NCBI GenBank assembly: GCA_036574075.1
Contig: JAINCN010000021.1
Span: forward strand, 64,652-128,651
Length of the DNA: 64,000 bases
DNA from: Deltaproteobacteria bacterium
GTDB taxonomy: Bacteria; Desulfobacterota; Dissulfuribacteria; Dissulfuribacterales; UBA5754
Direction of reading: 5' to 3'
In this document: piece after piece, positions 22,955-31,878 of the stretch
Layout: each line of letters opens with the position of its first letter
Numbering within the stretch: the stretch's first letter is position 1
Made by a program: the position numbers and the translations under genes
The notes under the pieces: generated by a model
The model's input: the letters and a program-made list of their open reading frames with translations, nothing else
Told to the model about the DNA's origin: nothing
The model's database searches: none

Positions 22955-24626
22955 GCGTTCGTTGTTCGCTGCGGGGCACCCACCAACGGATAAAATTATG
23001 GCTGATGCCAGCTGGCGCGGGCTCTATCCCCTGATAACGTTTATGGATGATGGGAAGTGCCATGGGGACATAGAGAAATGTGTAGGGCTGGTCCTCGGCG
23101 AGGATCTCCTGGATGCGGAAATATATCTTCCGCCTCTTTTCGCGGTCAAATGTCCGCCTTCCCTCGATCAACAACCGGTCCACCTCAGGGTTTGCATAGC
23201 CGATGAAATTGAGCTCCTTCGGGCCGGTCTTGGAGGAGTGCCAGATGTCGAAGATATCCGGGTCCTGCCCGATGGTCCAGCCGAGGAGCACGGCATCGAA
23301 CCGGCGCTTGTCGATGAAGTCGTTGATGAAGGCGGTCCACTCGAGGGTGCGGATCTTCATGTCGATCCCGATCTTTCCGAGCCGGTACTGGATGATCTGC
23401 GCGGACTTCTCGCGCAGGGGATTTCCCTGATTCGTGAGCAAGGTGAAGGAAAAGGGCCTGCCGTCCTTGTCGAGGATCCCGTCTCCATCCGTGTCATGCC
23501 AGCCGGCCTGGGCAAGGAGGGCCTTGGACTTCTCAGGATCATAGGGAAATGAGGGAACGTCCGGGTTGTAAAACCAGGCATCAGGCTTGTAGGGACCGGT
23601 GGCCACAACCCCGTAGCCAAGAAGCACACCGCGCACGATCTCTTCCTTGTCGATGGCGTGGGCGATGGCCTGCCGGACACGCCTGTCCGAAAAGAGTGGA
23701 CTCCTTAGATTGTAGCCCAGATACGTGTAGGAAAAGGACAGGTATTCGTATTTACGAAAATTGTTCCGGAAAAACGGGGTATCTGTCTGACGGTCGAACT
23801 GGATCGGGGACAGCCCCATCCAGTCGAGCCCTCCTGACTTGAGCTCGAGAAACATGGTCGCCGCATCCGGGATGATCCGCATGATGAAACGGTCAAGATA
23901 CGGCCTGCCCTCGAAATAGGTCCTGTTTGCCTCGAGCTCGATCCGCTCCTGCGTCTTCCACTCGGAGAGACAGAAAGGCCCAAGCCCCACTGGCCTGCGC
24001 CCAAAGGGACTCTTCGTGATGTCCTGGCCCTCAAGGAGATGCCGCGGCAGGACCACCAGGTTTCCCCAGGAGCTGAGGGCCGGGGCAAAGGGCTCTTTAT
24101 ACGTCACACGGAATGTATAAGGGTCCGGGGCCTCGGCCTTTTCCACCACCAGATAGTCGCCGGCATAAGCAGTCGGCGTCTTGGGATCCGTGATGGTCCG
24201 AAAACCGAAAAGGCAGTCTTCAGATGTGAATTCCACGCCATCAGCCCAGCGGACACCCTTGCGGAGGTGGAACGTGATGGTGAGTCCGTCTGGCGAGACC
24301 TCCCAGGACTCGGCCAGATCCCCGACCAGGTTGAGGTCCTTGTCGTACTTCACGAGGCCGTTAAAAATGAGGCCGGCGATCTCGTGGGACGTGGCGTCCG
24401 TCGAGAGCATGGGGATGAGGGTCGAGGCGTCGCCTATGGAGCCGGTGACGATGTATCCCCCGTAGTCGGGTGTCCCGGCACGGCCCGAAACGGTCTGTCC
24501 CATGATGGCAAGCGTCAAAAAAAGGGCAATAATGACCTTCATGACGTGCATTTGACCCAAGAATTGGGCGCGAGGCAAGGCCCGGAGCGGCGTTCCATCC
24601 ATATACACTGCGGCAAGGGCCGGCAT
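22944..24626 (-). CDS. ABC transporter substrate-binding protein, family 5 (peptide/nickel)
   Basis: 560-aa ORF with SBP_bac_5-like sequence throughout. A signal-peptide-like MKVIIALFLTLAIMG begins at internal Met residues (24551/24542), so the true start may lie downstream of 24626. Confidence 0.85.
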   Translation of the reverse strand: MPALAAVYMDGTPLRALPRAQFLGQMHVMKVIIALFLTLAIMGQTVSGRAGTPDYGGYIVTGSIGDASTLIPMLSTDATSHEIAGLIFNGLVKYDKDLNLVGDLAESWEVSPDGLTITFHLRKGVRWADGVEFTSEDCLFGFRTITDPKTPTAYAGDYLVVEKAEAPDPYTFRVTYKEPFAPALSSWGNLVVLPRHLLEGQDITKSPFGRRPVGLGPFCLSEWKTQERIELEANRTYFEGRPYLDRFIMRIIPDAATMFLELKSGGLDWMGLSPIQFDRQTDTPFFRNNFRKYEYLSFSYTYLGYNLRSPLFSDRRVRQAIAHAIDKEEIVRGVLLGYGVVATGPYKPDAWFYNPDVPSFPYDPEKSKALLAQAGWHDTDGDGILDKDGRPFSFTLLTNQGNPLREKSAQIIQYRLGKIGIDMKIRTLEWTAFINDFIDKRRFDAVLLGWTIGQDPDIFDIWHSSKTGPKELNFIGYANPEVDRLLIEGRRTFDREKRRKIYFRIQEILAEDQPYTFLYVPMALPIIHKRYQGIEPAPAGISHNFIRWWVPRSEQRTLVP

Positions 24627-24682
24627 CCTGCGCCCTTCTTCATGGATTGGGCATGCGGGAACGTTTAACTTTGTGAAAAAAA

Positions 24683-25861
24683 ATGTATAATCATTCCTTA
24701 TCCATGACCTCCGCCTTTGATGTCAACATCTTCCTGGACCTCGTCGACGACGCCGCCGATATGGTTCAGAGCGTCTCGCAAGATGGCAGATTCCTCTATG
24801 TCAACCGGACATGGCTGGATACCCTCGGCTACAGCCCTGAAGAATTAAAAGACCTGACCATCTTCGATGTCGTATCACCTGCCTGCCGCGAGATGTGCAT
24901 GGAAAGATTCAGGACGGTCATTTCTTCTCGCCAGGCCCACAGGGTAGAGGCGGAATTTCTCGCCAGGGACGGCCGCATCATCCCAGTAGAGGGCATGGTC
25001 CGGACACAGTTCCGGGAATGCAAGCCATTCGCCACGATCGGCATATTCCGGGACATCTCCGATCGCATCCGCATAGAAAGGGAACGCCGAAGGATCGAGG
25101 AACATGCACGGACGATAGAACACCTGGAGGCGATAGGCCGTTTTGCAGGGGGATTCGCGCACCATTTCAACAACCTCCTCATGGCCGTCCAGGGGAACAT
25201 CGATCTTGCCAAGAGATACGTCCAGCAATCCCCAAAGGCCCTCTGTCATCTTGAAAAGGCGGAAAACGCAATCTCCTCCGCCGTCCAGTTCTCGAGAGAA
25301 ATCCTTGCCTTTGCAAATATGGATGGGCACAGGAGATGGATCCAACTGGTTGAACTCGATTCCACGGTAGCCTCCATGATGGAGATACTTCGCAGCATTG
25401 TACCCAGCCCCATTTTGATACAGCATGAATCAATCGGCCCAGCCGCCACCATCCTGGCCGATCCGCAAGGACTCCGGATGCTCTGCTTCCACCTCGTTAT
25501 GAATGCACAGGAGGCCATCGGCGACAGGGAAGGCCGGATCACCGTCAGGACAGGCCGCATGCCTGCCCCAGGTGCGTCAGAACAAGAAGGATACTTCTTT
25601 GGGATCCTGGAAGAAAAAGATTACGCATTACTCGAGGTTGAGGACAACGGGGCGGGGATGTCGCCCGAGGTGATCCAGCACATCTTTGAGCCTTTCTACT
25701 CGACCAAGAACCCGTCTAGACAGGGAATCGGACTCTCCTCAGCGTATCGGTTCATCATGGACATGGATGGGGCTGTCTCCGTCAAGAGCAGTCCAGGGGC
25801 CGGCACCGTAATCCGCGTCTTTTTCCCTATGCGCACGGCCCCGGAACCCCCTGCCGATTAA
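24683..25861 (+). CDS. PAS domain sensor histidine kinase
   Basis: 392-aa ORF. PAS region (MVQSVSQDGRFLYVNRTWLDTLGYSPEEL), HisKA H-box FAGGFAHHFNNLLMAVQGN, and HATPase_c N/G boxes (EVEDNGAGM, GIGLS). An alternative start at 24704 is plausible. Confidence 0.88.
   Translation: MYNHSLSMTSAFDVNIFLDLVDDAADMVQSVSQDGRFLYVNRTWLDTLGYSPEELKDLTIFDVVSPACREMCMERFRTVISSRQAHRVEAEFLARDGRIIPVEGMVRTQFRECKPFATIGIFRDISDRIRIERERRRIEEHARTIEHLEAIGRFAGGFAHHFNNLLMAVQGNIDLAKRYVQQSPKALCHLEKAENAISSAVQFSREILAFANMDGHRRWIQLVELDSTVASMMEILRSIVPSPILIQHESIGPAATILADPQGLRMLCFHLVMNAQEAIGDREGRITVRTGRMPAPGASEQEGYFFGILEEKDYALLEVEDNGAGMSPEVIQHIFEPFYSTKNPSRQGIGLSSAYRFIMDMDGAVSVKSSPGAGTVIRVFFPMRTAPEPPAD
24686..24691 (+). promoter_or_regulatory. 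candidate -10 box (TATAAT) upstream of the PAS histidine kinase
   Basis: A perfect TATAAT at 24686-24691 is preceded by an A-rich tract and a weak -35 (TTTAAC, 24664-24669). It overlaps the first ATG (24683) of the ORF, which argues for the downstream ATG at 24704. Confidence 0.35.
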
Positions 25862-26512
25862 ATGGGCATGGACACAGACCCTGTGTTGCTCACCGCCCCT
25901 ACTTACCGGGAGATGGCGTCCTTCACCACCTTGATCGACGGGGCAAGGATCATGGCGCTCGTCTGTGGGGTCGGCCCTGCTGCCGCCGCCTGCGCCCTCA
26001 CTCGATTTCTCGAACGAAACCCCGTCCGGGCCGTCCTCCTTTGCGGCATAGGTGGGACATATCCCCGATCGGATCTCGGCATCGGAGATGTCGCCCTTGC
26101 CGGATCCGAGGTCTTGGCAGACCTGGGACGATGCACGGAATCCGGGATTATACCCCTTGATCTTGCCGGTGAGACGGCCCGCATCCGGTTCTTTATGGAG
26201 GACACGGCCCGTCGAATCCTTGGGTCTGTGCCTTCCGGCATTACCATCGCCCCCATGGCCACAGTCTCCTGCACAAGCGGGACGATGGAGCGGGCCGAAC
26301 TCATCGCCCGCCACACCGGGGCCTGGGTGGAAAACATGGAAGGCGCTGCGGCCGCCCATGTCTGCGCGGAATACGGCATCCCCCTTATCGAGCTTCGCGG
26401 AATAAGCAATGTGGCAGGCCATCCAGACAGATCTGGATGGCGGATCGACAAGGCCCTTGACAGCACTGCCAAGGCGGCCGAACGTATCCTGACCTCCCTG
26501 CTCAAAACATGA
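25862..26512 (+). CDS. mqnB: futalosine hydrolase (MqnB)
   Basis: 216-aa ORF of the PNP/MTA-nucleosidase fold (LLCGIGGTYP..., ENMEGAAAAHVC). Lies directly upstream of mqnD. The start follows the stop of the kinase gene immediately. Confidence 0.75.
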   Translation: MGMDTDPVLLTAPTYREMASFTTLIDGARIMALVCGVGPAAAACALTRFLERNPVRAVLLCGIGGTYPRSDLGIGDVALAGSEVLADLGRCTESGIIPLDLAGETARIRFFMEDTARRILGSVPSGITIAPMATVSCTSGTMERAELIARHTGAWVENMEGAAAAHVCAEYGIPLIELRGISNVAGHPDRSGWRIDKALDSTAKAAERILTSLLKT

Positions 26513-26523
26513 AATGATCGCAA

Positions 26524-27372
26524 ATGACACGTCCCCCCCTGACCCTTGGCATCTCTCCCTGCCCCAACGACACGTTCATATTTGACGCCCTCATCCACGG
26601 AAAGACGCCCTCTCCCGTTTCCATGGTCCCTGTAATCCGGGACGTGGAGGAGCTGAACGCACTGGTACTTGCCAGATCGATCGATGTGTGCAAGGTCTCC
26701 TTCGCCGTCCTCCTCTACTGCATGGACGACTACATCGTCCTTCGCTCCGGGGCGGCCCTCGGCAGGGGCTGCGGCCCCATCGTGGTCATGCGGGCGGGCA
26801 AAAAGAAACCGGCATTCAGTCAGGCACGGATCGCCATCCCCGGCCTCCACACCACTGCCGCCCTCCTCCTTCGGCTCTTCGCACCAGAGGTCCGAAAGAC
26901 CGTCCCAATGCATTTTGCGGACATCGCCCCTGCCGTGGCCCGAGGGGATGTGGATCTCGGGGTCATCATCCACGAAACCCGTTTCACCTATGAATCCCAC
27001 GGCCTTACCTGCGTCCAGGACCTCGGGGCATGGTGGGAGCAGGAAACTGGCCTTCCCATCCCCCTTGGCGGGATCGTGGCGCGCCGCTCCCTTGGACATG
27101 AACTCCTCTTGAAAATAGAAGAGGCCATTCGTGAAAGCCTCCGATTTGCCTGGAGAAACCCCGAAGAACCCTGGACATTCATTCGTGCCCATGCCCAGGA
27201 AACAGAAGAGGGCGTGATCCGGGGACACATCGGGCTATACGTGAACGCATTCACCCTCGACATGGGCGAAGAAGGCGGCCGGGCCGTCGAGTGCCTCTTT
27301 GAAAAGGCCCGGGGCCTCGGCCTCGCCACCTTGTCCATCCCTGGAGAGATTGCCCGGATATTGCATAAATAG
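26524..27372 (+). CDS. mqnD: 1,4-dihydroxy-6-naphthoate synthase (MqnD)
   Basis: 282-aa ORF. LTLGISPCPNDTFIFDALIHGK... is the typical MqnD N-terminus. Confidence 0.85.
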   Translation: MTRPPLTLGISPCPNDTFIFDALIHGKTPSPVSMVPVIRDVEELNALVLARSIDVCKVSFAVLLYCMDDYIVLRSGAALGRGCGPIVVMRAGKKKPAFSQARIAIPGLHTTAALLLRLFAPEVRKTVPMHFADIAPAVARGDVDLGVIIHETRFTYESHGLTCVQDLGAWWEQETGLPIPLGGIVARRSLGHELLLKIEEAIRESLRFAWRNPEEPWTFIRAHAQETEEGVIRGHIGLYVNAFTLDMGEEGGRAVECLFEKARGLGLATLSIPGEIARILHK

Positions 27373-27428
27373 GGACTATTCCAGTATCCTTCGACCTGAT
27401 TTTCATCCATGTGGAGTAATTCGCACCA

Positions 27429-28142
27429 ATGAATGGACACGGCGGCATCCTTTCCATGATCATGGGCTCAGGCCCCATGGTCCAGTTCGTCCTCTTTACT
27501 CTGATCTTCTTCTCCGTCCTCTGCTGGACCATCGTGATTGCCAAGGCCATCCGTTTTCGGCAGGCCAGAGGCGGAAACGCCGCCTTTCTCGACGCCTTCT
27601 CCGAAGGGGAGTCCCTGGGAAGATGCGGGAAAACCGCAAGAAACCTCCCCGAGTCCCCTATGGCCCAGGTGTATCTTGCCGGCTTCGAGGAACTTCGCCG
27701 ACTCCAGGAAGGCTCCAAGTCACGGCCCCTCGAGCCTGGAGTCTGGCTCGCGATCCTGGAGCGGAGCCTCCGAAAGGGGATCCAGGAGGAAGTCGCATCC
27801 CTTGAGCGACGCCTTCCGATCCTTGCCACCATCGGCAACTCCGCACCCTTCATCGGGCTCTTTGGAACGGTCTGGGGGATCATGAGGAGTTTCAGCGAGA
27901 TCGGGCTTCAGGGCTCTGCGAGCCTTGCCACCGTGGCCCCTGGGATCTCTGAGGCCCTCATTGCCACGGCCACGGGGCTTGCCGCGGCCATCCCCTCGGT
28001 CATCGCATACAACTTCTTCATGAGCGCCCTCTCCCGAATGGAGACCGAACTCCAGGGATTTGCCGGCGACTTCATGAACCTGGTGGAGCGAAGGCTTGCG
28101 CCCTCGAAATCCAGCCCCACACCATCAAGAGAGGCCGACTGA
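27429..28142 (+). CDS. tolQ: Tol-Pal system protein TolQ (MotA/TolQ/ExbB proton channel)
   Basis: 237-aa ORF with three TM segments. LATIGNSAPFIGLFGTVWGIM and ...GISEALIATATGLAAAIP motifs. Followed by tolR-tolA-tolB. Confidence 0.88.
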   Translation: MNGHGGILSMIMGSGPMVQFVLFTLIFFSVLCWTIVIAKAIRFRQARGGNAAFLDAFSEGESLGRCGKTARNLPESPMAQVYLAGFEELRRLQEGSKSRPLEPGVWLAILERSLRKGIQEEVASLERRLPILATIGNSAPFIGLFGTVWGIMRSFSEIGLQGSASLATVAPGISEALIATATGLAAAIPSVIAYNFFMSALSRMETELQGFAGDFMNLVERRLAPSKSSPTPSREAD

Positions 28143-28143
28143 G

Positions 28144-28596
28144 ATGGGTATGGGAACAGGGCCTGCGCCCAGAAGCGGCAGGCGCAACTATGTCTCCGAG
28201 ATCAACGTAACTCCCCTCGTGGATGTCATGCTCGTCCTTCTCATCATCTTCATGGTGACCGCCCCCATGATGACCAAGGGCCTCGACGTGAAACTCCCGG
28301 AGACCGCGGCCAAGCCCATTCCCCAGAAGAAGGAGCCGGTCATCATCACAGTCCGGGCCGACGGCGCAGTGATCCTCGGCAAGGCCCCGGTGGACCTCGA
28401 ATCTCTGAAGACGACCCTTGCCCGCATGAAGGAAAAGGGGCAGGCCGAACAGGTCCTCCTCAGGGCAGACAAGGAGGTCCCGTACGGTGTGGTAGCTGAG
28501 GTCATCGGCGCTACCCGCGAGGCCGGGATCGAGGATCTGGGGCTTGTCACCGAGCCACCGGAAGATGATGTCCAGGGGAAGCCCAAGCAAAAGTAG
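28144..28596 (+). CDS. tolR: Tol-Pal system protein TolR (ExbD/TolR family)
   Basis: ATG at 28144, 1 nt after the tolQ stop. EINVTPLVDVMLVLLIIFMV is the canonical ExbD/TolR TM segment containing the Asp. Confidence 0.88.
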   Translation: MGMGTGPAPRSGRRNYVSEINVTPLVDVMLVLLIIFMVTAPMMTKGLDVKLPETAAKPIPQKKEPVIITVRADGAVILGKAPVDLESLKTTLARMKEKGQAEQVLLRADKEVPYGVVAEVIGATREAGIEDLGLVTEPPEDDVQGKPKQK

Positions 28597-28603
28597 GGAA
28601 ACG

Positions 28604-29650
28604 ATGGATTACATCACCCCTTCGAACGAAAAATGGACCCTTGCGCTGGTGCTGGCGCTTGCCATCCATGTCCTTGTGGCAGGGTTCGCCGCCTTCGGCG
28701 TGGACCGATGGAGACGCTACGAGCCGGTCATGGCCTCCTCCACTGTGAGGCTGGTGGATCCCAAAAGCCTCTCCCCTGTCCCCGGGCCATCACACCCGGC
28801 CCGTCCTCCCCAGACCAGGACCCCGGCGGCACAGAAAGAGCACCCACGTCCGTCTCCGCCTGCTGTGGAGGCAAAGGCACCCAAGTCGGAACCCATGGTC
28901 CAGATCCCGGAAAAGAAACCCGAGCCAAAGCCTGCGCCCAAACCCGAACCAAAGCCTGAGCCCAAACCCGAGCCAAAGCCTGCGCCCAAACCCGAACCAA
29001 AGCCTGAGCCCAAACCCGAACCCAGACCCGAGAAGAAACAGGTATCTGTCAAGACCGAACCTGAAAGGCCTCTGAAAAAGGAGGAGAAACCAAAGCCCCC
29101 GCCCGAAAAACCAGCTGAGGGGCCTTCTTCCCCCAAGAACGAACAGAAACTCCTTTCCGAACGCCTCAAGTCCATACAGGAAAATGTCGCAGAAAAACAG
29201 GCTGATGAGATGCTCAAGGAAAGGCTCAGCTCCATACAGGGAAAGGCGGATGAGGAGATGCTCAATGAGAGGCTCCTCGCCCTACGGGGAAAGGTCGGAG
29301 ACGTAGGTGAGGACGTACCCCCAGGCGGCGAGAAAGGCCCTGCGGGAAGCAGTGAATTCTGCAACATCTATCCCTGCACAGAACTCTACGACCGCATCCG
29401 CGAGGCATGGATCCTTCCTGAGCAGCTCCTTGACACAAAGAATCTCGTCTGCGTCGTGGTGATAGTCCTCGACCAGAACGGGACCGTCCTTAACGCGTCC
29501 TTTGAAAAAAGATCAGGAAATCCCGTCTTCGACCAGTCCGCCATCAAGGCCGTGCGCGAGGCCCGCAGGCTACCGCCGCTGCCCCGGGCCCTTGGCATGG
29601 GCCCAGTGGAGATCGGGATCAGATTCCGTCCCGGTGAGGTGGGAACATGA
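28604..29650 (+). CDS. tolA: TolA-like protein (TM anchor, KPEP-repeat linker, TonB_C/TolA C-terminal domain)
   Basis: Start at ATG 28604 (MDYITPSNEKWTLALVLALAIHVLVAGF). Long (K/A)PEP repeats, Lys/Glu-rich helix and a C-terminal ...VVIVLDQNGTVLNASFEKRSGNPVFDQSAIKAVREA... domain. Confidence 0.8.
   Translation: MDYITPSNEKWTLALVLALAIHVLVAGFAAFGVDRWRRYEPVMASSTVRLVDPKSLSPVPGPSHPARPPQTRTPAAQKEHPRPSPPAVEAKAPKSEPMVQIPEKKPEPKPAPKPEPKPEPKPEPKPAPKPEPKPEPKPEPRPEKKQVSVKTEPERPLKKEEKPKPPPEKPAEGPSSPKNEQKLLSERLKSIQENVAEKQADEMLKERLSSIQGKADEEMLNERLLALRGKVGDVGEDVPPGGEKGPAGSSEFCNIYPCTELYDRIREAWILPEQLLDTKNLVCVVVIVLDQNGTVLNASFEKRSGNPVFDQSAIKAVREARRLPPLPRALGMGPVEIGIRFRPGEVGT
28919..29014 (+). repeat. perfect 2 x 48-bp tandem repeat (12-bp sub-period) encoding the PEPKPAPKPEPKPEPK linker of TolA
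   Basis: 28919-28966 is identical to 28967-29014 (CCCGAGCCAAAGCCTGCGCCCAAACCCGAACCAAAGCCTGAGCCCAAA). Confidence 0.9.
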
Positions 29651-30936
29651 TGAAGACCCTATATCGAACCGTTTTTCTCCTTTTCATTTCTGTCTGTTAC
29701 ATGGCCCATCCGGCCGAAGCCATCGTTTACATCGACATCACGGCGCCTGGCATGCGCCAGATACCCATAGCCGTCCCCTATCTCGACACCCTTCCGCGCA
29801 CCTTTGAAAACGACCTCGTTGGCCGCAAACTCGCCGAGGTCCTCTCGAACGACCTGACGTTCCACGGATTCTTCTCCGTCCTCGATCCCATGACCTACGG
29901 GGGCAGGGCAAATGCGGACTGGGGGCGCTACCGGCTCGATTTCCTCGTCACCGGGTCTGTCACGGCGAACGGAGACACCATCTCCGTAGACTGGCGACTC
30001 CTCGAGATGCCATCTCAAAAGGTGCTCGAGCAACGCAACTACACGGGAAAAAGCGGGGACTACCGGCGCATGGCCCACGAATTCTGTGACGTCATCATCA
30101 AGGCGATCACGGGAGAGCACGGCGTGAGCCTTTCAAAGATCGCCTTTGTCGGGAAAAACGGCGCGTTTAAGGACGTCTTTATAGCGGATTTCGACGGATA
30201 CGGCCCGGTCGCAGTCACATCCGACAAGTCCGCCACCCTATCTCCCAGGTTCTCACCTGACGGAAACCGCATCGCCTACACCTCTTACAGGAGTGGGAAA
30301 CCCCACCTCTACATCAAGGACCTCCGAAGTGGGAAGGTGACCAAGATCGCAGGCCATCCCGGCATCAACATCTCACCGGCCTGGCACCCGAACGGAGACC
30401 GCTTGGCCGTCTCTCTCAGCAAGGACGGGCAGCCAGACATATACGTCATCGATCTTCAAGGCAGGGTGCTCGAAAAGCTGACTGGCGGCATCGGGATGAA
30501 GGTCTCTCCCACCTGGTCCCCAGACGGCACGAGAATCGCGTATGTCTCTGACCAGTCCGGCTCACCGCAGATCTATGTCATGAATCTGGCTACCCGATCC
30601 TCCAAACGCATCACGCACTCGGGTGACTACAACACCGACCCCCAGTGGTCGCCCAAGGGAGACCGCATTGCATACGTCAGCAGGATCGGCGGGCGGTTCC
30701 AGATCATGACCATCTCTCCCGACGGAGGCGCGTTGACCCAGCTCACCTCCTCAGGTAGCAACGAAAACCCGGTATGGTCCCCTGACGGCCGTCTCATCCT
30801 CTTCACCTCGAACCGGTTTGGACCCAAGTCTCTCTTTGTCATGCTTGCAAACGGGGATGCCCAACGTATACTCATGAGGCACAATGGCCCCGTGAGCACC
30901 CCATCGTGGGGGCCCAACCGGTCTCAGGCACAATGA
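29647..30936 (+). CDS. tolB: Tol-Pal system beta-propeller protein TolB
   Basis: 429-aa ORF with a signal peptide, a TolB N-domain and repeated SP(R/A)WSPDG propeller blades. ATGA overlap with tolA. Confidence 0.92.
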   Translation: MMKTLYRTVFLLFISVCYMAHPAEAIVYIDITAPGMRQIPIAVPYLDTLPRTFENDLVGRKLAEVLSNDLTFHGFFSVLDPMTYGGRANADWGRYRLDFLVTGSVTANGDTISVDWRLLEMPSQKVLEQRNYTGKSGDYRRMAHEFCDVIIKAITGEHGVSLSKIAFVGKNGAFKDVFIADFDGYGPVAVTSDKSATLSPRFSPDGNRIAYTSYRSGKPHLYIKDLRSGKVTKIAGHPGINISPAWHPNGDRLAVSLSKDGQPDIYVIDLQGRVLEKLTGGIGMKVSPTWSPDGTRIAYVSDQSGSPQIYVMNLATRSSKRITHSGDYNTDPQWSPKGDRIAYVSRIGGRFQIMTISPDGGALTQLTSSGSNENPVWSPDGRLILFTSNRFGPKSLFVMLANGDAQRILMRHNGPVSTPSWGPNRSQAQ

Positions 30937-30993
30937 ACCAGCGGGAGGAACGCAATGCACATAAACATTCGACACATATCAGTCGGAAACCCC

Positions 30994-31794
30994 ATGTCTG
31001 CGCGATCTGTCCTTCTCTCTGCCACTGCCGTCATCTCTGCGGCCTTGATTCCTGGATGCGCCCCGGTCGAACAGATCGATCTCCTTGAAAGGCGGGTCAA
31101 CAGCCTCGCCCTCGAGCAGGCGACCCTCAGGCAGGAGGTGCTCGGCAAAAAGACGGAGGAGGGTGCGGTACAGTCCAATGTGGCAAGCATTGGAAACAGG
31201 ATCGACGTCCTTCAGTCTGAGATCCTCCGTATCAACGGGCAACTCGAACAGCTCGCCTACGCCAAGGAACAGGACCGAGCACGCATAGAGGCGCTCGAAC
31301 AGAAAATCTCCGGTGGACAGGCCCCTCCTCCCCCACCTGGCGAAACCGGACCGGTAACCGGCACAGTTCCCGGCGCACCACCTCATGCCGCGGCCCCACC
31401 GCCCGCCGCTGCCGCTCCTCCCGCCGAGCCCAACTATTACGAGCAGGGGGTCGCCTTTTTCAAGCAGGGCCAGCACAAGGACTCCATCAAGAGTTTTCAG
31501 GCCTATCTCGAAAAGAACCCCAAGGGTGATCTGGCGGACAACGCCTATTTCTGGATGGGGGAAAACGAGTTCAAACTCGAACGATACGAAGAGGCGATCC
31601 TCGATTACCAGAAACTCCTGGATGGATTCCCCAACAGCAACAAGGCCCCTGACGCCATGTACAAGCAGGGGCTCGCCTTCATGAAGCTGGGTGACCATGT
31701 TGGGGCGCGGATCGTTTTCCAGAAGCTCGTGAAAAAGTACCCGTCGAGTTCTCAGGCCGCCCAGGCAAAGGAACAGCTTGCGAAGCTGAAATGA
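30994..31794 (+). CDS. cpoB: CpoB/YbgF-like Tol-Pal-associated protein (coiled coil plus TPR), lipobox-like signal
   Basis: Start at ATG 30994 (MSARSVLLSATAVISAALIPGC...); the ORF track starts at 30955. N-terminal coiled coil (LLERRVNSLALEQATLRQE...) and C-terminal YbgF TPR block (YYEQGVAFFKQGQHKDSIKSFQAYLEKNPKGDLADNAYFWMGE...). Confidence 0.8.
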   Translation: MSARSVLLSATAVISAALIPGCAPVEQIDLLERRVNSLALEQATLRQEVLGKKTEEGAVQSNVASIGNRIDVLQSEILRINGQLEQLAYAKEQDRARIEALEQKISGGQAPPPPPGETGPVTGTVPGAPPHAAAPPPAAAAPPAEPNYYEQGVAFFKQGQHKDSIKSFQAYLEKNPKGDLADNAYFWMGENEFKLERYEEAILDYQKLLDGFPNSNKAPDAMYKQGLAFMKLGDHVGARIVFQKLVKKYPSSSQAAQAKEQLAKLK

Positions 31795-31878
31795 GGTATT
31801 GGGCCTTCTGACACCTCACATGCCGACCTGGCAAATTTGATGAAGGCGATCGGGCAAAACCGCGGTCGTAGCAACGCC

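Noticed and set aside
25903-27228. 441-aa minus-strand ORF (and 25739-26530, 263 aa)
   Set aside because: Both are antisense to mqnB and mqnD, and no motif is present. The plus-strand genes have recognisable family signatures and tight operon spacing.
28919-29030. Short regular repeats that might suggest a CRISPR array (also 59717-60085)
   Set aside because: These are tandem with no spacers, have 12/21/48/72-bp periods, lie in frame inside tolA and the SPOR gene, and encode Pro-rich linkers. No cas genes are present in the window.
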